The notes beneath the pieces were generated by a model, which was given only the letters and a program-made list of their open reading frames with translations, did no database searches and was not told the origin of the DNA. 42,179 nucleotides of DNA from positions 1 to 42,179 of the IMG/VR virus record IMGVR_UViG_3300048599_000794. One strand, given 5' to 3'. The position numbers and the translations under genes are program-made. Positions 35,378 through 42,179 of this stretch are shown in pieces. Numbering within the stretch: position 1 is the first letter of the stretch; the number at the start of each line of letters is the position of its first letter. This stretch comes from a virus. Taxonomy: Duplodnaviria; Caudoviricetes.

Positions 35378-35940
35378 CACCCCACCCCCACCATCTTCCG
35401 CACCCACCCCAGGAACCCGCGCCTCTCCCTCTTGTCCGCGTCCAGGTCCAGCAGCCGCACCGGAATGTTCCCCGGCAGGCAGAACCGCACCTGGCCGTGC
35501 CCCTTGGCATGCTCCCGCACATAGGCGTCATGGAACGCATACCCGGCCGCCACCACCCGGAGCAGCGCCAGGCGCAGGTTGTCCGGCTCCGGAGACTGGC
35601 GCGCCTTGTCCAGGAGCTGGTGCGCCGCCTGCACGAAATCGATGGCCGCCGTGGGCAGGCCCGCCACGCCCGGAGAACGCTCCGGGTCAATGGCCGGGGC
35701 CAGGTGGTAGCCAAGCGCCCGGGCGCACTCCATGAGCGCGTACGGCCGCCCCGTGATGCGCTGGATGGCCAGGCATATGGCCTCGTCGCATTTGGCTGTT
35801 GCGTGGTTTTGCGTGATGGTGTTCAGGAAATAGTCGTGGCTCGATGTCAACAGGTGCCCCTGAGCCTGGAGCGTGGTGAACACCCGATCCGTGGTGAGCC
35901 CGGAATCCTTTATGGCCCGGCGCAAATTTTGCCTTCCCAT
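35377..35940 (-). CDS. CII-like regulatory protein
   Basis: Directly after cro; HTH-like N-terminus, IQRITG...ARALGY pattern. Confidence 0.5.
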   Translation of the reverse strand: MGRQNLRRAIKDSGLTTDRVFTTLQAQGHLLTSSHDYFLNTITQNHATAKCDEAICLAIQRITGRPYALMECARALGYHLAPAIDPERSPGVAGLPTAAIDFVQAAHQLLDKARQSPEPDNLRLALLRVVAAGYAFHDAYVREHAKGHGQVRFCLPGNIPVRLLDLDADKRERRGFLGWVRKMVGVG

Positions 35941-35985
35941 ACCCAACCCCCTGAAAAATAGTTATTTACACCCTCGCACCGACCC

Positions 35986-36204
35986 CTATATTTCCCCCAT
36001 GATCGGGGTTTCCCCGGCCCCCTGAGCCTCCTCCTCCCCAAGCTCGGAACAGAGCCGGGTCAGCAGCCGTTTCATCGCCCCGGACATGCGGCCGGTGCGG
36101 CGGATGTAGCGGTAGTGGGAGGGGGTGGTCCCAAGCTCGGCGGCAACGGCCGTATGGGAACCGAACTTCTGGGCCAAACGCTCAAAACAAGGTGTGCTGT
36201 TCAT
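35986..36204 (-). CDS. Cro-like HTH protein
   Basis: FGSHTAVAAELGTTPSHYRYIR; divergent from putative repressor. Confidence 0.75.
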   Translation of the reverse strand: MNSTPCFERLAQKFGSHTAVAAELGTTPSHYRYIRRTGRMSGAMKRLLTRLCSELGEEEAQGAGETPIMGEI

Positions 36205-36212
36205 GGAACCAG

Positions 36213-36287
36213 ATGCTAGACGAATTTCGGCGGTTGAGTCAAGCCGAACTTCGACCTTGAGTCTAGGCGAATTTCAATGTTTATATT
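36213..36287. promoter_or_regulatory. divergent promoters and operators of the lysis-lysogeny switch
   Basis: Minus strand TTGACT-18-TAGCAT; plus strand TATATT at 36282; GCTAGACGAATTTCGGCG at 36215 and variants at 36240 and 36263. Confidence 0.7.
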
Positions 36288-36292
36288 TTGTC

Positions 36293-36634
36293 ATGAAAAA
36301 ATATAATGCCGTGGCCTACGAACGATGTTTCGTCAGTGTTGTCGATGAGATAATAAAGGAAGAGTGGGGAACTTATTCGAAGTTCGCCAAAGAGGTGAAG
36401 GATGCATCGGAGGAATGGCCAGACGGCGAGGCGGCGGTCAACAAGCTCCGGAGAATTAGAAATGCCAGCAAGCACGGAAAGCCGCAAAAACTAACCCTTG
36501 CCGATGCTTTTGCATTTTCTCAATTGATTGGTATTGAATTTCCATCACTCGCATTTAAAGTATTCGAAAGAATGAAAACATTTGAATATTCTGAAAAAAA
36601 TGAAATAGAATTGCACAAAAAAGCGGCAGCATGA
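36293..36634 (+). CDS. putative prophage repressor (short, no S24 peptidase domain)
   Basis: cI position opposite cro; TYSKFAKEV...KLRRIRN...LTLADAFAFSQLIG is XRE-like. Confidence 0.55.
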   Translation: MKKYNAVAYERCFVSVVDEIIKEEWGTYSKFAKEVKDASEEWPDGEAAVNKLRRIRNASKHGKPQKLTLADAFAFSQLIGIEFPSLAFKVFERMKTFEYSEKNEIELHKKAAA

Positions 36635-36777
36635 AGCGGTCATACCGTTGCCGCTATTGGATATGAAGCCGCGTTCAAGTGTACGCCTCAAATCAAAGGG
36701 GCGAATAATAACCTTCCCATCCTTTTGTAAGTGCTTGCCCACAATATTTTTATTGAAGTGCATAATAGGCATAGGCA

Positions 36778-37197
36778 ATGCTTAAAAAGATCAAATATAT
36801 AATAAATGTCTTTTTTATGAAAAAAGACATTGCAATGATGCTTAAATTTTTGAATAAGGTTTGGCTGAAAGATTTTAACTTAGACGTTCCTTATTCTGTT
36901 AAGCATAGCATGCGTGTTGAGATTATATCAGAGCAATACGCTATTAGCAGGTATTTGAAACATGAAAAAAAGGACTACAAAGAAGCAACACTAGGATTTA
37001 TGTTTATGTTTTTAAAAGGAACCTTATTTAGCGGACAGTGGCATGTGTATAGAGGTGTACTCGGGAGAGAAGGGAATGCACTAATTAATATTTTGTTTAA
37101 CGTAATAAAAGAAATGGAAAAATGTGGAATGGTTGACAAAAAAACTGCTGAAGGAATAGAGGTGGGAATTGCCAACGGAATTAAAGAAATTGGCTAG
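36778..37197 (+). CDS. AT-rich hypothetical protein in the immunity region
   Basis: 139-aa ORF co-oriented with repressor, overlapping the PLD gene. Confidence 0.65.
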   Translation: MLKKIKYIINVFFMKKDIAMMLKFLNKVWLKDFNLDVPYSVKHSMRVEIISEQYAISRYLKHEKKDYKEATLGFMFMFLKGTLFSGQWHVYRGVLGREGNALINILFNVIKEMEKCGMVDKKTAEGIEVGIANGIKEIG

Positions 37198-37702
37198 AGG
37201 CATTTTATTTGTTTTGGCATTTTGTGTAAATGCATCAATTGCTCATTCCTTTGATTTAAGATTTGTAGATGGAGACAAGGCAAGTGTGTATTTTTCTCCG
37301 AAAGGAAACGCAATAGAAAATTTACTAGATAGAATAAATGACGCGCAGAATACTATTTTAGTTCAGGCGTATTCATTTACTTCTGATGAAATTGCCGGTG
37401 CGCTGATTGACGCCCACAAATACGGAAAGAACGTTGAAGTGATTTTAGATAAGAGCCAAAGAGGAAAGAGGGTCGGCTTTTTACTGAAATCATCTGGAAT
37501 AAATGTGCGGTATGACTATTCGCATGCAATAGCACACAACAAAATAATGATAATTGACAATAGAACAGTCATCACTGGTAGTTACAATTTCACCAAAGCC
37601 GCAGAAGAGCGCAATGCCGAGAACCTCTTGATCATTGATTCGAAAGAACTGGCCAAGCCCTACCTCGAAAACTGGCTGAAGCACCGCGCCCACTCGAACT
37701 AG
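37190..37702 (+). CDS. exported phospholipase D-family (Nuc-like) nuclease
   Basis: Single HKD motif HNKIMIID, TGSYNFT, NAENLLII, YFSPKG, AYSFT; signal-peptide-like N-terminus from TTG at 37190. Confidence 0.88.
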   Translation: MARGILFVLAFCVNASIAHSFDLRFVDGDKASVYFSPKGNAIENLLDRINDAQNTILVQAYSFTSDEIAGALIDAHKYGKNVEVILDKSQRGKRVGFLLKSSGINVRYDYSHAIAHNKIMIIDNRTVITGSYNFTKAAEERNAENLLIIDSKELAKPYLENWLKHRAHSN

Positions 37703-37760
37703 CCCACCGCCTTCCCCACCTATCCAGTATAAAAATCCCCAGCGGCATTTTGTTTTGCCT

Positions 37761-37816
37761 GCTAGACGAATTTCGGCGTTTTTGTTGTTTACAGTGCGCC
37801 GAATTTCGTCTAGCTT
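37761..37816 (+). promoter_or_regulatory. early promoter with two inverted operators
   Basis: TTTACA (37788)-17-TAGCTT (37811); operator copies at 37761-37778 and inverted at 37797-37814. Confidence 0.75.
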
Positions 37817-38046
37817 TTGAGCCGTGCACCCCAACCCCCTGCCCCTCTCGGAGCGCCAATGCCCGGCCCAGCGGCCCGGCGGCCAAACGGTGGGGCGGGA
37901 CCAGGGCCAGGGTGCGGGTGAACCATCCTGCCCGGCGGAAGGAAGCAACGAAAGCATCGCCCAACCTCCGGCGCGGGCGGGCCGGTAGGCTGCCAGGGAT
38001 GGCGGCGCGAGAACGAGGCCGGGACGGGACAACGCGAGGAGGCCCC

Positions 38047-38220
38047 ATGCAGACGGCTCTCCGGATTTCAGGCGGCATCCTGGATGCCGCGCGCCGCCGC
38101 GAGTGGCACATCGCCCTGGGCCAGGCCCTGGACGTGATCCTTGAAGCGGCGGTCCTGTCCATGTTCGCGGGTGTGCTGGTCCTGCTGCCGGTCGTGGTGG
38201 CCGTGCTGCTCAAGCACTGA
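38047..38220 (+). CDS. small membrane protein
   Basis: 57 aa, GAGGAGG RBS, C-terminal TM. Confidence 0.6.
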   Translation: MQTALRISGGILDAARRREWHIALGQALDVILEAAVLSMFAGVLVLLPVVVAVLLKH

Positions 38221-38354
38221 ACAAATTTTCCCGCGCCGGGCTGGATTCCGCGCGGGAGCGGCAGAGGCAAACCAACCGAAGGGATTGATCCTGCCTAGCG
38301 GCCCGGGGCTTCCAGCGGCCCCGGGCCACACCAACCTGCAACACGGGAGGAAGT

Positions 38355-38696
38355 ATGCCCGAATCCGAGAACCTCGGCCTGGCCAACCTGGACCGGGGCG
38401 GAGCCTTGGAGGCGTTCGACCACGCCTTGGGGAGCGTGATCGCCAACATCCTGGACCCCAACACCCCGGCCGAGCAGGCCCGCGAGATCGTGCTCCGGGT
38501 CAAGATCAAGCCGGACGAGAACCGCGACATGGGGAAAATCACCTACCAGGCCACGTCCAAGCTGGCCCCGGTGCAGGCCCGCAGCGTGAACGCCATGCTG
38601 GCCAAGGACAAGGGCCGCGCCGTGGCCCGGGAGCTGCGCCACAATGAGCCGCCCGTGTCCGACAACGTGACCGAACTCCGGAGGACCGCCCAGTGA
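38355..38696 (+). CDS. conserved phage early protein (YfdP-like partner)
   Basis: VIANILDPNTPA...REIVLRVKIKPDENR; GGAGG RBS; GTGA-coupled to next gene. Confidence 0.7.
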   Translation: MPESENLGLANLDRGGALEAFDHALGSVIANILDPNTPAEQAREIVLRVKIKPDENRDMGKITYQATSKLAPVQARSVNAMLAKDKGRAVARELRHNEPPVSDNVTELRRTAQ

Positions 38697-39469
38697 TCAA
38701 GGAAGCCCTGCAATACCTCCACGCCCTGGCCCGGCCTGAAACCGTCACGGTCGATGGCCGCCAGTACTCCACCAAAGGCCTGACCGAGATCATGGAGCCC
38801 ACGCCTTCGACGGTCAACGTGCGCACCCTGACCGGGCTCAAGGACTTCCTCACCGCCAACGTGGACCGCCTGGACCTGTCCAAGCTCATCGTGCACGTGG
38901 ACTCCGAGTGCGAGGTCCGGGTCTACTCCGAGCTCTTCGGCCCCTTCGTCCAGCGCCGCTACCACATCACGGCCAAGCCCGACCTGCTCAAAATGCGCTT
39001 CGGGGAGTGGATCGATAACGAGTCCTTCCTCATCTTCCTCCAGGCCTGCTTCCTGGACGAGATGGAGAAGGCGGCCGGCGCGGACGGCGTGGTGCCGGAC
39101 AAGCTGCCCAACGACCGCGCCACCCTCATCCGCCTGGCCAGCTGCATCACCGAGTCCGGGGTGAAGATCAGCGGCGACGATGGCGTGAGCCAGGAGGTAA
39201 CCGTCCGTCAGGGAATCATCATGAACGGAGACGAGAGGGTTCCCAACCCCGTCACCCTGCGTCCGTTCCGGACCTTCTGCGAGGTGGAGCAGCCCACCAG
39301 CCGCTTCGTGTTCCGCGTGCGCAAGGGCCCCGAGTGCCTGCTCGTGGAGGCCGACGGCGGGGCCTGGCGCAACGAGGCCCGCGAGAACATCAAGGCCTGG
39401 CTCCTGGCCAACCTGCCCACGATCCCCCTGGACGACGGCAGCGAATACCCCATGACCGTCATCGCCTAA
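38693..39469 (+). CDS. conserved phage early protein (DUF2303/YfdQ-like)
   Basis: DDGVSQEVTVRQG, PNPVTLRPFRTFCEVEQP, EADGGAW. Confidence 0.7.
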   Translation: MIKEALQYLHALARPETVTVDGRQYSTKGLTEIMEPTPSTVNVRTLTGLKDFLTANVDRLDLSKLIVHVDSECEVRVYSELFGPFVQRRYHITAKPDLLKMRFGEWIDNESFLIFLQACFLDEMEKAAGADGVVPDKLPNDRATLIRLASCITESGVKISGDDGVSQEVTVRQGIIMNGDERVPNPVTLRPFRTFCEVEQPTSRFVFRVRKGPECLLVEADGGAWRNEARENIKAWLLANLPTIPLDDGSEYPMTVIA

Positions 39470-39521
39470 AACTTCCAGCGCCCCGCCGGGGGCCTCGTAC
39501 CCGGCGGCGGAGGGACACACC

Positions 39522-40073
39522 ATGAGCGAAGTGAATGAGAAGCCCGACGGAAACTACTGGATAACCACTGGCACCGGAACTGACCCCTGTCTGGTCCGCC
39601 TGTACACGAATCCGGACACCGGCGTGCGCGGCTTCGGTTTCAACACAGCGGACGGCGGAAGCTTCTTGCCCCTGGACGACGTGAAGTCGGATGCCCTGAT
39701 TGCTGGCCCCATCCCGGAGCATGATGATCCTACGGCTGGCGAACACCTGTCCGACTGCGCCGTGCACAACGGCCCGGCCCTCCCCGTCGGTCCCTGCGAC
39801 TGCGAGGAGAACATCCCCGACCCCCTGGCCAAGTACAATTTCACCGATCCGGCGGGTAATCCCCTGCGCAACTGCCAGGAGTACATCAACATGCGCCGGG
39901 CGCTGCATTTCTACGCCACCAGGATGCACGCCGTGTTCAATGACGAGGATGACTGGGACACCATAACCGGAGAGGGGCAAAACTGGTACTACGACGCTGC
40001 CGAAACAGTGAGTATCGAAATAGGTGTGATCGCGGCCAAGGCCCTTGATGGCGAGCCCCTGCCCAAGGAATAG
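39522..40073 (+). CDS. hypothetical mosaic protein with His/Cys motif
   Basis: HLSDCAVHNGPALPVGPCDC; GGAGG RBS. Confidence 0.7.
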   Translation: MSEVNEKPDGNYWITTGTGTDPCLVRLYTNPDTGVRGFGFNTADGGSFLPLDDVKSDALIAGPIPEHDDPTAGEHLSDCAVHNGPALPVGPCDCEENIPDPLAKYNFTDPAGNPLRNCQEYINMRRALHFYATRMHAVFNDEDDWDTITGEGQNWYYDAAETVSIEIGVIAAKALDGEPLPKE

Positions 40074-40084
40074 CGGAGGAAACC

Positions 40085-40471
40085 ATGGGCAAGCAGCGCA
40101 GCGCGGCCAGGAAGATGGCCAAGCAGGGAAAAGGGGAGTGGCGCGAGATCGCGCCTCCTGACCCGCGTCAGTACCCGGACCTGGCCGGATCACGCGCCGT
40201 CACGAACAACATCCACATGGTAATCATCAAGGAAGTGGAGACGCCGCAGGGAGTGGTCCAACATCTCCACATCCAGCGCCTGGACCGTCGGCCCATCCAC
40301 AAGTGGGAGAGCCTCCAGCAAATCAAGAACGAGATTTGCGGTGCCCAGGCCGAGGCCGTGGAAATCTACCCGCCCCAGTCCGAAGTGGTGAATTCCTGCC
40401 ACCACTACCACCTGTGGGTTCTGCCCGAGGGAATCAAGATGCCCTTCGGCCTCGGGAGGAACGCGACGTGA
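40085..40471 (+). CDS. conserved phage protein with His-rich motifs
   Basis: HLHI.R.D..PIH.W..LQQIKNEI...AVEIYP...HYHLW. Confidence 0.7.
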   Translation: MGKQRSAARKMAKQGKGEWREIAPPDPRQYPDLAGSRAVTNNIHMVIIKEVETPQGVVQHLHIQRLDRRPIHKWESLQQIKNEICGAQAEAVEIYPPQSEVVNSCHHYHLWVLPEGIKMPFGLGRNAT

Positions 40472-40782
40472 GGGCCACCTACAACCCCAAGGGCGCGGCC
40501 CTGGAGTACGGCGACCTAGCCGTGAACCTCTACACCGGCTGCCCCCACGCCTGCTCCTACTGCTACGCCCCGGCCGTGTTGCGCCGCCGCACCGTGGAGC
40601 AGGTGGCCGAGTTCCACAGCCGCGTGGGGCGGCTCAACCACATGCCCGAGGCCTCCGGCCGCATCGACTACCGCGCCTTCCTGCGCGAGGCCCGGTCCAC
40701 GCTGGAGGCCCTGGGCTTCTCTTCGCAGCCCGGCGCGCCCCGCTTCTACCGCATCAAGAACGACCTGGCCCGGGCGGAATGA
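40468..40782 (+). pseudogene. internally deleted radical SAM gene (104-aa intact ORF)
   Basis: YNPKGAALEY..LAVNLYTGCPHACSYCYAP joined almost directly to VGRLNH...IKNDL; too short for a radical SAM barrel. Confidence 0.6.
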
Positions 40783-41060
40783 ACGCACCCTACATCAACA
40801 CGAAAGAGGCCGCGAACTACCTGCGCCTGCGCACGGAAAAAGCGGCCAAGAAGCGCCTCAGGGAGCTCGGCGTCCGCCCGTTTGTATTCGGTCCGGGCCG
40901 GGGACGGTGCAATCTGTGGAAGGTGTCCGAGATTGACGCAGCCCTGGAAACCAGGCGCGGACAGCCGCCCAAGCCGAACCTTCGCCGGGCCGTCAACCTC
41001 ATGGACCGACCGGTGGCCGATCTGGTCCGGGAGTTGACCGGCTGCGCCCGTCCGCAGTAG
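40779..41060 (+). CDS. excisionase-like HTH protein
   Basis: YINTKEAANYL...WKVSEID; immediately upstream of integrase. Confidence 0.75.
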   Translation: MNAPYINTKEAANYLRLRTEKAAKKRLRELGVRPFVFGPGRGRCNLWKVSEIDAALETRRGQPPKPNLRRAVNLMDRPVADLVRELTGCARPQ

Positions 41061-41069
41061 GGTGGCCAT

Positions 41070-42179
41070 ATGGCCATCAGATATCGCCCGGGACGCAGGA
41101 CATGGGAGGTCTACTGGAACAACCCCGTGACAGGTTCCAGGCAGACCAAGACCTTCCACGACGAGTACTCGGCCGGGCGATACAATTCAGAGATTTTGCA
41201 CCGGCTCAAATACGAGGCCCAATCCTTCGAGCCTCCCCAAGTCCAGGAGTCGACCGACCTGACCGTGGCCAACATGGTCTACGCCTACCTGTCTTCAAAG
41301 GGCGGCAAACCCACGAACCTCAGATTCACGATCCTGCATTCCAAGCCGGTCCTGGCGGCCATCGGCGACCTGCATGTCGTTGAACTCCGCAAGGAGCACC
41401 TGCAGGACGTGGTGCGCCGCCAGCGCGAGGCGGGGGTCAAGCAGAACACCATCAACCGCCGCATCAGCATCATCAAGTCCGCCCTGACCTGGGCCGAGGA
41501 TACCGGCCTCATCGAGGCGAACCCGGTCCCCAGGTTTTCGTGTCCCAGGGGGCCGGACGCAAAATTTCCGCCCCCGACCCCGGCAGAGGTGGACGCCATC
41601 CTGTCCGTCGCTCCCGAGCACATCATCCGGGCGGTGACCCTGGCCCTGGCCCTGGGCGTCCGGGTGGGGGAGTCCGAACTCTTCACCCTGCGCTGGGATC
41701 ATTTTGACCTCGGACGCGGAACGGTGCGCATCTATGCGGCGGACAAGGCCCCAACGCGCCCCTACAGGGATTTGCACCTCAGGGAGGACATCATCCCCAT
41801 CCTTCTCGGGTGGCTGGCCGTGGACGTGAGGACCGGGGCGGGCCATCCCATCACCTACCGGGGACGCCCGGTAAAATCGATCAAGAGGGCCTGGGCCAAT
41901 ACCCTCAAGTCCGCCGGAATCACCAGGCGCATTCGCCCCTATGATCTTCGCCACGCCTTCGCCACCTATTCCCTGGACCGTGGCGCGGACATCAAGGCCC
42001 TGTCCGAGGTCATGGGGCACACCAGCACGGCCATGATCCACCGGCACTACCAGCACGTCCTTGAGCGCCAGCGGAAGGAGGTCATGGACCTGGCCCCGCT
42101 GCCCACATTTCCGCCCACATCAAACGCCCCTTTTAGCCCACATTTTGATGTGACCGAGCCGAACAAGATCAAACAATAA
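41070..42179 (+). CDS. int: phage integrase (tyrosine recombinase)
   Basis: N-terminal arm-binding region, TINRRISIIKS, GVRVGE, YDLRHAFAT, MGHTSTAMIHRHY. Confidence 0.93.
   Translation: MAIRYRPGRRTWEVYWNNPVTGSRQTKTFHDEYSAGRYNSEILHRLKYEAQSFEPPQVQESTDLTVANMVYAYLSSKGGKPTNLRFTILHSKPVLAAIGDLHVVELRKEHLQDVVRRQREAGVKQNTINRRISIIKSALTWAEDTGLIEANPVPRFSCPRGPDAKFPPPTPAEVDAILSVAPEHIIRAVTLALALGVRVGESELFTLRWDHFDLGRGTVRIYAADKAPTRPYRDLHLREDIIPILLGWLAVDVRTGAGHPITYRGRPVKSIKRAWANTLKSAGITRRIRPYDLRHAFATYSLDRGADIKALSEVMGHTSTAMIHRHYQHVLERQRKEVMDLAPLPTFPPTSNAPFSPHFDVTEPNKIKQ

Larger units (their letters stand above)
1306..42179. mobile_element. temperate podovirus-type prophage (BPP-1-like virion module); att sites not located
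   Basis: Full ordered set of terminase, portal, scaffold, capsid, tail tube A/B, ejection proteins, fibres, lysis, replication, immunity, xis and int. Confidence 0.93.

Noticed and set aside
37930-37952. SRP RNA (CGGAAGGAAGCA match)
   Set aside because: The preceding CAGG-UCC needed to form helix 8 is absent

Overview
The window is almost entirely one temperate, podovirus-type prophage (BPP-1/T7-like virion module, lambdoid-style control region) from a GC-rich Gram-negative host; the spanins imply an outer membrane. From left to right: a small ORF and an IS1595-family transposase, then a long minus-strand late operon (tail fibres, a 2383-aa polyvalent ejection protein, internal virion proteins, tail tube A/B, cement, major capsid, scaffold, portal, terminase, lysis cassette). 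A plus-strand three-gene moron follows, then a minus-strand early/replication operon (HTH proteins, second tyrosine recombinase, initiator with iteron origin, two DNA methyltransferases, DUF4326, Acb2/Tad1-like, ASCH, CII-like, Cro), an AT-rich immunity region with a PLD nuclease, and a plus-strand early operon ending in excisionase and integrase. The strongest leads are: (1) a stand-alone Cas11c/Cas8c-C-terminus-like domain fused to an HTH at the end of a strongly promoted small-gene operon, a candidate type I-C anti-CRISPR decoy locus; (2) a GNAT-like domain fused to a Tes/MJ0619-like radical SAM enzyme between terminase and portal, coupled to a small MGGGG-starting protein, a candidate virion-protein modification system; (3) an 8-copy 13-bp array in front of the late promoter; (4) a C5 methyltransferase with a second subunit in an overlapping frame. 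All family assignments come from motif recognition by eye; no searches were run.
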